DNA of 64,000 bases from Methanotrichaceae archaeon (GCA_963803145.1 CAWDLW010000015.1:160001-224000); one strand, 5' to 3'. Shown: positions 28,879-39,896, counted from the stretch's first letter. The notes: generated by a model not told the origin, from the letters alone. Numbers and translations are program-made.

Positions 28879-30333
28879 CTAACTAACTCTCTTGACAGGC
28901 GGCGGCGACCAGGTGCCATCCGGGGCCTCTCTTCTCGGCGAATAAAGGCGCATGTAGATGCTCATGGGCTCTCTGGGCGCTGGCAGCCAGTTGGACATTT
29001 TATCCAAGCTGGGGGTACTGTTCTGAATATAGATATCCAGTGAGCCATCTTTATTGTAGGTGAGATTGCTGCGATCTCCTATTGCATAGCGGTTCAGGCT
29101 GTTGGCCACTGGGAAACCCTCGGCATCATACATGGTGACCGACCAGAAGGCATCTGCAGGCGGCATCTCGCTCTTGTTGAAGTGGAGCACGTAGGTACGA
29201 TTCCCATCTGGTGGGTGGCCATCGGCATCAACCTGGAGGATCGGATAGATGTTATCCTCGGGAAGGGTGGCAACAAAGCCTACCATGGTAGTCATGGCTC
29301 GCTTGAGATAGTAGTTGCCATACACGCCTACTGTATTGGTATTAATTAACCAGCCATTTACGAGCTTTCCCATAGTCGGGATCTTTACCTTCATCTCGAA
29401 TAAACCATCTTTTGTAGCATTTTGGAGAGCCAGCTTGACCGCCGGATCAAGGCTATTGAAGTCGAAGCTCTTGCCTGGCTCAATTCCAATCCTCTTCATC
29501 ATGGCGATAATGGGCTGATCAGTGATATGTGGAGGGTTGGCCTTCATGAGCTCTGCTGCATAGGAGAAGTAGATCGATGCATTCATGGAGTTCACCTGGC
29601 GCAGGGGTGGCGTGGTCATATCCACAGTGGGATCGATGGTTGCATTCACAGGTATCGGCTCCTTGCCCCACTGAGATAGGGGTGTGATCTTGTAGCCATC
29701 TTGTACCTCATGGGCAGCATCCAGATCATTCGGGCCGCTGACATAAGTCCGACCGAGAACGAGCACTAGCGGCGTGGGGGCGTCGATACGCGTTACTCCT
29801 TCTGGCAGGGTGCCGTTCCAGCTCTTCCAGACTAGAGCGAAGTTGCCTGCAATAGTTCCCGTAGTGCGCTTGCCGGGCGCTGCGAAGCAGTCGGTCCACA
29901 TATCAAACATCTGCAGGAAATAGTACCTTCCTCCGGTATCAGGCACTGAAACTATCAGGGGCTCTTTCGTCAGGTTCAGCCAGGCACTAGAGTATAATGT
30001 ATCGAAGTTGAGCCTGGTTGCATCCTTATAACCCGCTGATGGGAAGTTGCGAAAATGGGTGAATGTATTCATTGGACCGCGTCCCTCCACCTCACCGGCC
30101 TCGACATTGGTCATCTGCCGCCGGCTGACATCCATAGTCACCAGGGGATAGAGGTAGATGTAGGCATCCAGGCCTATATCATAAGCCTCCTGGTATGCAG
30201 ATGTGTTATCTTTTGTTTCATTTGTGATAATATCATTGCCTTTATCTTGCTGGGCAAGACATAGACCGCTCAACAGCAGGCAAAGCAAAGCCGCCACGGT
30301 CAAAAGCGGCTTCAGAATAGTCCGATGTTCCAT
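28879..30333 (-). CDS. DUF1254/DUF1214 domain secreted protein
   Basis: NFDTLYSSAWLNL..EP, GRYYFLQMFDMWTD, FWSVTMYD, NWLPAP, MRLYSP; start placed at ATG 30333 (AGGTGA SD, signal peptide). Confidence 0.9.
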   Translation of the reverse strand: MEHRTILKPLLTVAALLCLLLSGLCLAQQDKGNDIITNETKDNTSAYQEAYDIGLDAYIYLYPLVTMDVSRRQMTNVEAGEVEGRGPMNTFTHFRNFPSAGYKDATRLNFDTLYSSAWLNLTKEPLIVSVPDTGGRYYFLQMFDMWTDCFAAPGKRTTGTIAGNFALVWKSWNGTLPEGVTRIDAPTPLVLVLGRTYVSGPNDLDAAHEVQDGYKITPLSQWGKEPIPVNATIDPTVDMTTPPLRQVNSMNASIYFSYAAELMKANPPHITDQPIIAMMKRIGIEPGKSFDFNSLDPAVKLALQNATKDGLFEMKVKIPTMGKLVNGWLINTNTVGVYGNYYLKRAMTTMVGFVATLPEDNIYPILQVDADGHPPDGNRTYVLHFNKSEMPPADAFWSVTMYDAEGFPVANSLNRYAIGDRSNLTYNKDGSLDIYIQNSTPSLDKMSNWLPAPREPMSIYMRLYSPRREAPDGTWSPPPVKRVS

Positions 30334-30528
30334 ATCCATCACCTGATAGAGATTATCTCGTTTTATAACATCCAAAAAGCTGAGTATAGTCAGCCATTGG
30401 GCTATCTCCAATTGAGCGATCATGATTATTCGTTTATTTAACTTTAGGGTATCAGCCTGGAATACAGACGTCAAAACATCAAGAAGGTTGGTATCCCGGC
30501 CTGCCTGGCCGGGCATAAATCCAACGTT

Positions 30529-32328
30529 TCATTCTCGGTTTTCGATAATGAAATTTAGCTCATTTCCAGGTTCAGCATAATCTGTCTCATTGGTATATTT
30601 GAGACCCGGCGCTTTCTGCAGCTCTGCGTACTGATAGATCCTGGGTCCATACTGATACCCTGTCTCATTGAGCCACCAGTTCGGATATCCTCCACGAATA
30701 GTCGTATTGTTCTTGAAATCGTTGATGAATCCATTGCTGTATTTTGCAATCAAGATATCCGCGAGCTTCCACCAGTCATTGAATACGGAAATGGCATTAG
30801 TTGTACTGTAATTGGTCAGGAACACGCTGCATTCCCTGCTGCCATTTGAATCTAGGACCCTTTTTGCCTGATTTTCTATATCTGTCTGGCGAGAAAGCTC
30901 TTTTCCCTCGATCTGCGATTGCTCGGACTGGATATCCTTGATCATATAGCTATATCGTAAAGTCGACCAGTCTGTAACAAAGTTAAATGCCCAAAAGGCA
31001 AAATTCCTGTCAAAGACTGTCCGATTGCCGCAATAAAACTGTTTTGGAACAGAGTTAACTCCGGCATAGATCGGTACGTAACATGTTTCATATGGCTGAG
31101 CAAATCCGAACCAGCAAACTCCGCCGATGGGATTTGGAAGCCAGCTTCGTCCTTCCGTTACGTAGCTGTAACCGCAGAAGAAGGGAGACACTGGGCGAGG
31201 CCAAGCCCCCGGTTTAATTTCACCGGGTTCAAAGGCTTTGTGCTGATCAAACGGGCCATCATTGCGGTAAGGATTGCCGTAGGGTCCTGCTGCCACGCCT
31301 TTTGTTAGATCGTAGACTGTGCCCTCATAATGATCGCGGAAGAGGTGAAGCACATCATTTGCCGTAAGCTTTCTGTCAGGCTTTATCGAGAAAGGATACT
31401 CGCGCGACCAAGTATCATTAACGTATGGGCTGAGCATTCGAGAGGGAGATATCCTATTGTAAATACTCCAAACTCTTGCCAGTGAATAATATGGATGCGA
31501 ATATTCTCCTGTGGAGACGGTCTTCAGCCAATCAAGAGTTCCGTTTTCCGGCCGCCACCATCCTCTTTCTTTGGCAACATCGAAAAGGTTCTTTGAATAA
31601 AGCACGTTTGGATCATCAGGCTTTACATCACGAATTCGGAACGTGTTCGCTCCGACAAATACATCGCCGTCTGGAACTCTCTTCGCAACCCACAGCCCAC
31701 TGCGATTATCCAAAGTACCGCCACACATCTCCATCACCCAGGCCTCCTTGGGATCGGCAAAGAGCAGAGTTTCGCCTGTGCCGTAGTAACCGTAGGTATC
31801 GATCAAGCTGCCTACCAGCTCGACTGCCTGTCTGGCATTGGTGCATCGCTCCATGGCTATATTCGAGAGCTCCGCGCTGTAAAAAATGCGCTTATCTTTG
31901 TCCCAGTTCGGCTGCACCTTGGTATAATCTGTGCACTCGCCACTCATCAGCTGATGGTCATTAATGATGCCGTAAGTTCCAGTCAGATAGCCATAGGTAT
32001 GATTAATCTCATCTATATATGCGATTTCTGGGTTACCCGCTGTTGCATTTTTTGTCGGCTCGTCTGAGCCGGAGTTTGGATCGAAATGTACAGCACGCTT
32101 AGCACCGGTGGTATGATTCGCTGGAGCGACGTAAACTAATTTAGTATCATCCTCAGTCACGTTGTGGCCGGTAACACAAGGCCCAAATCCATCATTTGTA
32201 TGTCCAACATACATCGAGCCGTCTATGCTCGCCCCTGGCGTTACAATAAATGTTGTGCATTCGTGCGCTGCACTTGATTGAATTGAAGTAGATAAAATAA
32301 CAAGAAACACTATTAATTCTATTCTCAT
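30529..32328 (-). CDS. Secreted peptidase family C69 (dipeptidase/secernin-like Ntn hydrolase)
   Basis: Signal peptide then CTTFIV (N-terminal nucleophile Cys), GHTND, GYYGTGE...ADPKEAWVMEM, RDHYEGT. Confidence 0.9.
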   Translation of the reverse strand: MRIELIVFLVILSTSIQSSAAHECTTFIVTPGASIDGSMYVGHTNDGFGPCVTGHNVTEDDTKLVYVAPANHTTGAKRAVHFDPNSGSDEPTKNATAGNPEIAYIDEINHTYGYLTGTYGIINDHQLMSGECTDYTKVQPNWDKDKRIFYSAELSNIAMERCTNARQAVELVGSLIDTYGYYGTGETLLFADPKEAWVMEMCGGTLDNRSGLWVAKRVPDGDVFVGANTFRIRDVKPDDPNVLYSKNLFDVAKERGWWRPENGTLDWLKTVSTGEYSHPYYSLARVWSIYNRISPSRMLSPYVNDTWSREYPFSIKPDRKLTANDVLHLFRDHYEGTVYDLTKGVAAGPYGNPYRNDGPFDQHKAFEPGEIKPGAWPRPVSPFFCGYSYVTEGRSWLPNPIGGVCWFGFAQPYETCYVPIYAGVNSVPKQFYCGNRTVFDRNFAFWAFNFVTDWSTLRYSYMIKDIQSEQSQIEGKELSRQTDIENQAKRVLDSNGSRECSVFLTNYSTTNAISVFNDWWKLADILIAKYSNGFINDFKNNTTIRGGYPNWWLNETGYQYGPRIYQYAELQKAPGLKYTNETDYAEPGNELNFIIENRE

Positions 32329-32362
32329 GATATGCTCCCTCCTTGAGATCGATCAAGATTCT

Positions 32363-32920
32363 CTAGGACGTCCCATCCGATTTCCATTCCATCTTCCTCA
32401 GAGCATACGCAGCGCTCAATTGGACTTCGGTACTGTTATCGTTTAGCGCCTGAGTCAATTGATTTATTGCACGTCGATCTCCGATCCTTCCCAGGACTCT
32501 AGCAGCGTTTACTCGAATATCGATATTATTTGACCTAAGAGCCCGTATCAAAGAAATCACTGCCGGAATTCCGATCTTTGTGAGCGCCATTGCAGCAGAT
32601 ATTTGAACCTCAGTGTCATTATCTCTGAGAGCGTTGATCAATGGCCCAATTGTTCGGGTCGAATTGTGTTTCCCAAGAGCCAATGCAACCTTGCTACGGA
32701 CACTGCTATTTTTATCATTCAAGGCAACTATCAATGAATCGATAACTCCGGTATCATTTAGCTTTTGGAGATACTCTACGGCATGTAATCTGACTTCAGA
32801 GCTGTTATTTTTTAGATCTACGAGCGGCGAAACTTTGCCTTTCAGCTCGCTTTGCGCCATAACAGGCATGCACAGTAATGATATCACTGCTATTATGAAA
32901 ATAAGATTGATTTTGATAAT
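32363..32920 (-). CDS. HEAT/PBS-lyase repeat protein with signal peptide
   Basis: Repeats LIVALNDKNSSVRSKVALALG, LINALRDNDTEVQISAAMAL; track start GTG 32887, but SD AGGAGG points to ATT 32920 or ATC 32917. Confidence 0.8.
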   Translation of the reverse strand: MIKINLIFIIAVISLLCMPVMAQSELKGKVSPLVDLKNNSSEVRLHAVEYLQKLNDTGVIDSLIVALNDKNSSVRSKVALALGKHNSTRTIGPLINALRDNDTEVQISAAMALTKIGIPAVISLIRALRSNNIDIRVNAARVLGRIGDRRAINQLTQALNDNSTEVQLSAAYALRKMEWKSDGTS

Positions 32921-33211
32921 CCTGCCTCCTAAGCGATCTATAATGTAAAAATTAACTAAAAGCTCTTTCGGTCCACTGCGTCAAACCAGATTATGCTCAT
33001 GTTGAATTAGATATTTCAACTTTTCAAGCTTTAGCCCTATGGCATCAGCTTGAAAGTGGAGGCATTGGAGCTGTAGACCAGATGGTATTTATAAAGCTCA
33101 CATGGGCCTGACGATCAGGATGGGGCTCATGCCCGAAAAATGAAATGGTGAATTTGCAGGTTATATGTATAAGGAGTTGGGATTGGCCCTAGTATCCCAA
33201 ATCCTTTTACC

Positions 33212-34696
33212 CTACTTCTTTGGGCTGAATTTTATAGCCCGATCATACATAATCTCTGAGTAGGATGGTCCAATTTTTGTAGCTTTCTCCAGGTATATCC
33301 TCCAGGCAATCATGAGTGGTTGATCGAGGTTTATACCGTATGCTCCCACACCATAAGGTACCTCATAACAGTGTGGATCTCCATTGGAGTGTCTGGCGAT
33401 CTTGTAGACATAAAGGTATTTCGCATTAGTATCTCCGGGGAGATAGGCATCTGCAGTCCCATTGAAATCCTGATCAGTGATCGCTCCAATGCCATTCCAT
33501 GCATTTGCTCCGAATAAGCCGATGTTCTGGTACGTCGCCTTTCCTGCGGCTACATGGTTAACCCCATAGACGATTATGAACTCATTTGTATCATTGCCCA
33601 AGGTAATCGGCGGATTTCGTGAGAAACCATAGTACTGCGAGATGTTATTGAAGGGAGGTGTCTGCGAAGAGAGAGTCTGGTTCGCAGTCCAGAGATAGCA
33701 TGCATCGTTGTTAGGACCATAGGTACTGATTCCTCTCTGGAACGCCTCATTCGCATCTGGGTACCATTGGCTAGTCGGAAGCTCAATGGCATTCAATCCG
33801 CTGTATTTGGTTAGGATAGCTTGCCTCAATTTATTGAGATCGGGCGTCAAACCAAACTCTGCTTCCCCTGTTCCACGCACTCTTAGTTCTGGCACGTTAT
33901 ACGGATCTAGCTTTGTAGATTTGTTGGGGGTAATCCGGAAGATAGTGGCAGGTGTACTATTGATGTAATCGTTGCCAACTTGCTTATCTTTGAATAGAGC
34001 AGGGCGAATATATATGGTAAATGTATCTGAATTATTCTCTAGACCCATATTCAACATGGGGGAGGGAATCACCTGTGTGTTAATTATGCCGTCTGAATAC
34101 CCTACGGACTCCGCGACAGCACGGATGCGTTGATCGACGCCTTTGTCGGCCGTAGTGACTATCATGGTAGTTTGATTGAAAGGATTTCCTGCTGTTCCAT
34201 TTGGTGTCCCGTCAGTTTTAATGATTTCCATATTCAGAGGATCGCCTAAGTCGAACCAAGGCCATAAGGTTTTATTTCCATATGTCCTAGAAAATAAATT
34301 GACATCGAAATTGAAGTATCTACACTCAGGCGGTGTTCTTCCTACGAAAACAATAGCTTCATCAGGACGGAGTCGGAAATAGGCCGTCGCATTACCGCTA
34401 AATCCGAGTGCTTTAGCTAACATGGATGGTTTTTTGTCTACCTTGTAACCAGGCGCCGCTGGCACAAAATATGCTATATATTTTGTGGTTGGATTGTTCC
34501 CCCATGCAGAAGGCAACAATCCTTGATTATATAACTTAATTACATCATAAAAACCCAGCTCACCTTGTTGTACTGTAAACCCATCCTTTTCTAATGCTTG
34601 TTTAAAGGCATTCACGTTACCTACATTCACATTCGCTGCAGTGCAAGTTCCTATTAATATTGCAAACAAGACAGCAAATATTATATATCCTTTCAT
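33212..34696 (-). CDS. Secreted hypothetical protein
   Basis: 494 aa; AGGAGG SD; signal peptide; many N-x-S/T sequons; no family recognised. Confidence 0.8.
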   Translation of the reverse strand: MKGYIIFAVLFAILIGTCTAANVNVGNVNAFKQALEKDGFTVQQGELGFYDVIKLYNQGLLPSAWGNNPTTKYIAYFVPAAPGYKVDKKPSMLAKALGFSGNATAYFRLRPDEAIVFVGRTPPECRYFNFDVNLFSRTYGNKTLWPWFDLGDPLNMEIIKTDGTPNGTAGNPFNQTTMIVTTADKGVDQRIRAVAESVGYSDGIINTQVIPSPMLNMGLENNSDTFTIYIRPALFKDKQVGNDYINSTPATIFRITPNKSTKLDPYNVPELRVRGTGEAEFGLTPDLNKLRQAILTKYSGLNAIELPTSQWYPDANEAFQRGISTYGPNNDACYLWTANQTLSSQTPPFNNISQYYGFSRNPPITLGNDTNEFIIVYGVNHVAAGKATYQNIGLFGANAWNGIGAITDQDFNGTADAYLPGDTNAKYLYVYKIARHSNGDPHCYEVPYGVGAYGINLDQPLMIAWRIYLEKATKIGPSYSEIMYDRAIKFSPKK

Positions 34697-34834
34697 ATAC
34701 TATGCGCCTCCTGCCAACTAAATTAGCAGCAATTGTCGTCGAACTACAAAAAGTTTAGCCTTATATGTAGAACCTCTATGCAAGCAATGCCTTGAGAAAA
34801 GATTAATTAAAGTAAACGAGTAGTTTGGCATAGG

Positions 34835-36122
34835 ATGACCCAGAAAAAGATGTCTTCCTGGTTTCCATCTACTAGCCAAGCCTACGGGTGCAGCCTGCAA
34901 CCTCGGCTGTAAATACTGCTTCTTTCTATCCAAGAAGAATCTCTACCCCGGAAGCAGCTTCAGAATGTCTGATGAGCTTCTAGAAACCTATATCCGCCAA
35001 TATATTGAAGCACAGCAGATTCCCCAGGCTACCATTGCCTGGCAGGGCGGCGAGCCGACACTGATGGGCCTGGACTTTTTCAGGCGGTCGATCCAATATC
35101 AGCAGAAGTACAGGCGACCAGGAATGGTCATCCAGAACACCATGCAGACCAATGGCACCCTTTTGGATGATGAGTGGTGCGAGTTCTTCCACAATAATAA
35201 CTTCCTCGTCGGCCTGAGCCTGGACGGGCCGAAAAGGCTTCACGATGCCTATCGTGTAGACAAAGCCGGCAGGCCGACCTTTGATAAAGTGATGAGAGCA
35301 GCAAAGCTCTTGCGAAAGCATAAAGTCGATTTCAATATTCTGACAACTGTGCATGCTGCAAACGGCGATTACCCATTGGATGTTTACCGCTTTTTGAGAG
35401 ATGAAGTAAAAGCAAATTTTATACAATTCATTCCCATTGTAGAGAGAGATAACGATACGGGCTTTCAAGAGGGCGATAAGGTCACAGATCGCTCTGTAAA
35501 GGCGGAGCAATATGGAAGGTTCCTGATAGATATCTTCGATGAATGGGTAAAAAAGGATGTGGGGAAGATTTTCGTTCAGATCTTCGATATAGCTCTGGCA
35601 GCATGGTCTGGAGCCCCTCCAGGCATCTGTGCCTTCTCTCAGACCTGCGGAACAGCCATGGCCATGGAGCATAACGGCGATATGTACTCGTGCGATCACT
35701 TTGTGGAGCCCAAATACTTATTGGGGAATATTAAAGAGAAAAACATGGCCCATCTAGCTTCATCGGAGAAGCAGAGAAGATTTGGCCAGGACAAGCTGGA
35801 TTCCCTTCCAAAATACTGTCGCCGGTGTGAGGTATTATTTGTCTGTCATGGAGAATGCCCAAAGAACCGTTTTATAAGGACTCCTGATGGTGAGCCGGGA
35901 CTGAATTACCTCTGCGCAGGCTACAAAGAGTTCTTTAGACATATCGATGGCCCCATGAGGTTCATGGCTCACGAGCTCAGACAGGGACAGACCCCTGCTA
36001 ATGCTATGAACTACACGACAAATGGTAAAATCTCCGGGGTAATCTTCAAGCCTGGCAGGAACGATCCCTGTCCATGCGGCAGCGGGCTGAAGTTTAAGAA
36101 GTGCCACGGCAAGGCTGGATGA
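34835..36122 (+). CDS. Anaerobic sulfatase maturase (radical SAM/SPASM, C-terminal SEC-C), apparently frameshifted near the 5' end
   Basis: FHLLAKPTGAACNLGCKYCFFL lies upstream of the track start 34965 in the same frame; WQGGEPTL, QTNGTLLD, SPASM Cys, GRNDPCPCGSGLKFKKCHG; the ATGs at 34835 and 34850 are out of frame by 1 nt. Confidence 0.9.
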
Positions 36123-36178
36123 AAATATGAAAGTTTAGCTCAACTAAGAAAAATCTTATATCTTACCAGTTCGTTTAG

Positions 36179-37285
36179 ATGAACGTGGCCCCTGGCAATG
36201 GTCTGAAGATCCTTGCATGGATCTCGGTTATTATTCTCATCATTATCACCGCCTATATAAGCAGATTTCTAATAGGCACAATAATGCTCGGCATATTGCT
36301 TGCTTATATGCTCTTTCCAATTTATAAATTGGCCTTTATGAAAACCGGATCAGGGAGGAGATCTTCTCAAATAGCAATATCGGCGGTATTGATCACGGCA
36401 GTCTTGATCCTGCTGGTCTTTTATCTTATTATCTCACAGGGATTGACTGGCCCTTCTGCAAATGTCCCTGCGACCAATAATATCACTTCAGCTAACCTTT
36501 GGGCGAATTTAGGTATCTTGCCCAATCTTAAACAGTCTCAAGAAATGGCTAATTTCAAAAATGCGGTTCAGGGTGGTATGATCTCTTTCATGATCTCGTT
36601 TATCATTCCGGCTGTTGTTCACGAGGTAGTGAATTCATTGGTCATTCCCATCCTGCAAAGTAAGATACTGGACTTCACATTGGCATTTCCCATCTTTCTA
36701 ATTCAATTGATAGTTGCGACCTTTTTAGCATACTATCTTCTCTTGAATGGAAAGGAGGCCGCTCTAAGGTCGCCAAACCTTCTTCCAGAAGAGCAAAGGT
36801 TGGTTGGCAGACATTTTTTAAAGGAGCTGAATGGAATCTTCAAAACGCTTCTAACAGCAAACTTCGATATTGCTGCATATAATTTCCTGGTGGGCATCAT
36901 TATGTTTTCTCTGATAGGGGTGCCTTTTTCAGCAGTATGGGCAATAATGGCAGCTTTTCTATCTCTGATCAGATTCTTTGGCCCGCTGCTTATTTTCGTC
37001 CCGCTGTCCGTCTTCCTATTCCTGACAAACGATATTCCAAGGGGATTTCTCCTCCTTCTCTGTGGAGCTTCCCTTCTGGAATATGTCCCGGAATGCATCT
37101 TGCGGCCTCGCATATCTGAAGGGGGCTCTCCTGTCAACATCGCCTTGGCTTTTCTATCTTATGTAGCACCAATTTTGGTGCTTGGACTCATGGGAATTAT
37201 CATAGGACCCTTTATGTATGGATTATCGATAGCAGCCTACAGAACCGCACAACATTACAGCGAAAAAGAGATGCATAGCAGATGA
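36179..37285 (+). CDS. AI-2E (PerM-like) family transporter
   Basis: Multi-TM; LAYMLFPIY, YYLLLNG, ILRPRI, LGLMGIIIGP patterns. Confidence 0.8.
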   Translation: MNVAPGNGLKILAWISVIILIIITAYISRFLIGTIMLGILLAYMLFPIYKLAFMKTGSGRRSSQIAISAVLITAVLILLVFYLIISQGLTGPSANVPATNNITSANLWANLGILPNLKQSQEMANFKNAVQGGMISFMISFIIPAVVHEVVNSLVIPILQSKILDFTLAFPIFLIQLIVATFLAYYLLLNGKEAALRSPNLLPEEQRLVGRHFLKELNGIFKTLLTANFDIAAYNFLVGIIMFSLIGVPFSAVWAIMAAFLSLIRFFGPLLIFVPLSVFLFLTNDIPRGFLLLLCGASLLEYVPECILRPRISEGGSPVNIALAFLSYVAPILVLGLMGIIIGPFMYGLSIAAYRTAQHYSEKEMHSR

Positions 37286-37346
37286 TAAGTGGTAAAATCT
37301 CCATCTTTTGGGAAACAGAGTAAAAGACATATACCATGACGGTATT

Positions 37347-39896
37347 ATGACAAGCGGAGGGAGATCTATTCGTAAATCCTCATGTTTTATATTGGTCGCC
37401 TTGGTACTTTTAATGATATTCCTCGGGGCCTCTATCAGCCCTGCCTCAGATCAAGTGGCTGGCAAACCAAATTACCTTCAATTGAATAGCAGCTTCAAAA
37501 ACGATCAATTGGCAAATAATGCCAGCACAGGGGTCGACCTCCTTACCAACAGGAGAAAGCCTCTAGCCACCAACTCCAGCCTGGCATCTGTGGCCTACGG
37601 TGATGTCATTCAGCCTGATAAGGCCACGAGTGTTAGGGTTGTCAGAGCTAATAAAAGCGATGAGTGCCAGCCTGTAGTAGGTTTGACTTACAAGGACTCC
37701 ACCCAATGCTGGCCACAGGTGGCCCAGCCTCCCAAGGGCGCTCCAAATGTTGTATTCATTGTGCTTGATGATATTGGATACGGCGGCCTGGGATGCTTTG
37801 GCGGACCCGTTAATACTACGAATATCGATAAACTAGCGACGGGAGGATTGCGATACACTAACTTCCATACCACAGCGATTTGTGCTCCCACTCGCGCTTG
37901 CCTGCTCACTGGACGCAACCACCACTCTGTTGGTATGGGAACTCTTCCAGAGTTTGCCGACGGCTATGATGGATATAATGGCAACTTGTCAAAGAATGCT
38001 GCCACGATGGCCGAGATGCTTCAGTCTCAGGGCTACGATACCTACTGCATAGGCAAATGGCACCTTACGCCTTCAGATGCGATCAATGCTGCAGGGCCTT
38101 ACGATGAATGGCCCACTAGCCGAGGATTTGAAAGATACTATGGTTTCCTGGCGTCCCATACCAGCCAGTGGTATCCTGATTTGATCTATGATACACATCG
38201 TATAGATCCTCCAGCCACGCCTGAGCAGGGATACCATCTATCAAAGGATCTGGTTAACAGATCCATAGAGTTCATAAACGATGAAAAGGCGGTCAGCCCG
38301 AATAAACCCTTCTTCCTCTATCTTGCATTCGGTGCAGGCCACTGGCCACACCATGCGCCCAAGGCTTACATTGATAAATACAAGGGCAAGTTTGACCAGG
38401 GCTGGGATGTTATGCGAAATGATACTCTGGCCAGAGAGAAGGCTCTTGGAGTTGTGCCCAATAATACCGACCTTCCGCCGCGGGACCAGTATGTCAAAGC
38501 GTGGGATAACCTGACCCCGGACGAGAAGAAGGTATATGCACGCTTGGCCGAGGTCCATGCAGGATACGTTGACTATACTGATGAACAGCTGGGCAGGTTC
38601 ATCGATTACCTGAATCAAAGCGGACAGCTGAACAACACGATGATCGTGGTGCTCTCGGATAACGGTGCCAGCCCTGAAGGTGATGCCAACGGCTATACTA
38701 ATATGGTTCTCTGGGCCAATGGAATATCAGAAGGTGGAGATTCTGCAGGATTCCTGGGAAATGGTACATCTCTACCCAATTCCAATATAAGCACCATGCT
38801 GAAGAAGCTAGATGATCTTGGCGGGCCCCTATCGTATCCGACGTATCCTCTGGGCTGGGCCATGGCAGATAATACTCCCGACCGGCTCTACAAGTGGACC
38901 ACAAATGAAGGCGGCGTACACGATCCTCTGATCATATACTGGCCAGCAGTAATCAAAGATCAAGGTGGCATTCGAACCCAGTTCTGTCATGCCATTGATA
39001 TAGTTCCGACGGTTCTGGATGTAATGGGACTAAAGGCGCCGGAGGTCTATAATGGCTATCCCCAGAAGCCCATAGAGGGGATCAGCCTGGCCTATACATT
39101 CAACAACTCGAGCGCGCCGACCCGTAAGACGGTCCAGTACTTCGAAATGATGGGAACGCGCGCACTCTGGTACGAAGGCTGGAAGGCAGTTGCTTTCCAT
39201 CACGTTAACTCAGGAGGTAACTTCGATCAGGACGTCTGGCAGCTTTACAATCTCTCAGCGGATGTCTCAGAGTCCCACAATCTCGCATCAGTGTATCCTG
39301 AGATGGTGAAAAGTATGGAGGAGCGCTGGTGGGTCGAGGCAGGCAAATATAACGTTTTGCCTCTTGATGACCGTATTGGGGAGCGCTATGCTCCCAATCC
39401 TAAGACTGGATCGTTCACATATTATCCTGGAGCGGAGAAGGCTGTGGAGCCAGATATCCCCGATACTCATAACAGCTCCTACAATGTCACCGCTTATGTC
39501 GATATCCCGCAAACAGCGGCAGAAGGGGTTCTCTTCTCCATTGGAGGACGGTTTGCCGGACTCTCATTTTACGTCCAGAACAGCCATCTAATCTACGATT
39601 ACAACTTCTTCGGCCTGAAACATTACATTATCACATCGAAGGATAAAGTGCCCACAGGGCTATCAACGTTGGGCTTCTCCTTCAACAAGACTGGGAAGTT
39701 CAAAGGTATCGGAACGCTGTTCATTAATGGCAAGCAGGAAGGCCAGACTTATATCCCTATGACAGTGCCAACTCGATACTCCTACGACGAGGGCCTGGAG
39801 ATAGGCAAAGATCCTCAGACGCCTGTGACCGATAACTACACGAGCCCATTCAAGTTCAACGGGACTCTAGAAAAGGTCGTAATGGAGGTCAAGTGA
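37347..39896 (+). CDS. Secreted Cys-type arylsulfatase with C-terminal extension
   Basis: PNVVFIVLDDIGY, CAPTRACLLTGR (CxPxR), GKWHL, SDNG; signal peptide; start ATG 37347 or ATT 37368. Confidence 0.93.
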   Translation: MTSGGRSIRKSSCFILVALVLLMIFLGASISPASDQVAGKPNYLQLNSSFKNDQLANNASTGVDLLTNRRKPLATNSSLASVAYGDVIQPDKATSVRVVRANKSDECQPVVGLTYKDSTQCWPQVAQPPKGAPNVVFIVLDDIGYGGLGCFGGPVNTTNIDKLATGGLRYTNFHTTAICAPTRACLLTGRNHHSVGMGTLPEFADGYDGYNGNLSKNAATMAEMLQSQGYDTYCIGKWHLTPSDAINAAGPYDEWPTSRGFERYYGFLASHTSQWYPDLIYDTHRIDPPATPEQGYHLSKDLVNRSIEFINDEKAVSPNKPFFLYLAFGAGHWPHHAPKAYIDKYKGKFDQGWDVMRNDTLAREKALGVVPNNTDLPPRDQYVKAWDNLTPDEKKVYARLAEVHAGYVDYTDEQLGRFIDYLNQSGQLNNTMIVVLSDNGASPEGDANGYTNMVLWANGISEGGDSAGFLGNGTSLPNSNISTMLKKLDDLGGPLSYPTYPLGWAMADNTPDRLYKWTTNEGGVHDPLIIYWPAVIKDQGGIRTQFCHAIDIVPTVLDVMGLKAPEVYNGYPQKPIEGISLAYTFNNSSAPTRKTVQYFEMMGTRALWYEGWKAVAFHHVNSGGNFDQDVWQLYNLSADVSESHNLASVYPEMVKSMEERWWVEAGKYNVLPLDDRIGERYAPNPKTGSFTYYPGAEKAVEPDIPDTHNSSYNVTAYVDIPQTAAEGVLFSIGGRFAGLSFYVQNSHLIYDYNFFGLKHYIITSKDKVPTGLSTLGFSFNKTGKFKGIGTLFINGKQEGQTYIPMTVPTRYSYDEGLEIGKDPQTPVTDNYTSPFKFNGTLEKVVMEVK

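Noticed and set aside
34980-35699. 239 aa antisense ORF and the many other short overlapping ORFs in the track
   Set aside because: They lie opposite or within well-supported genes and have no recognisable motifs
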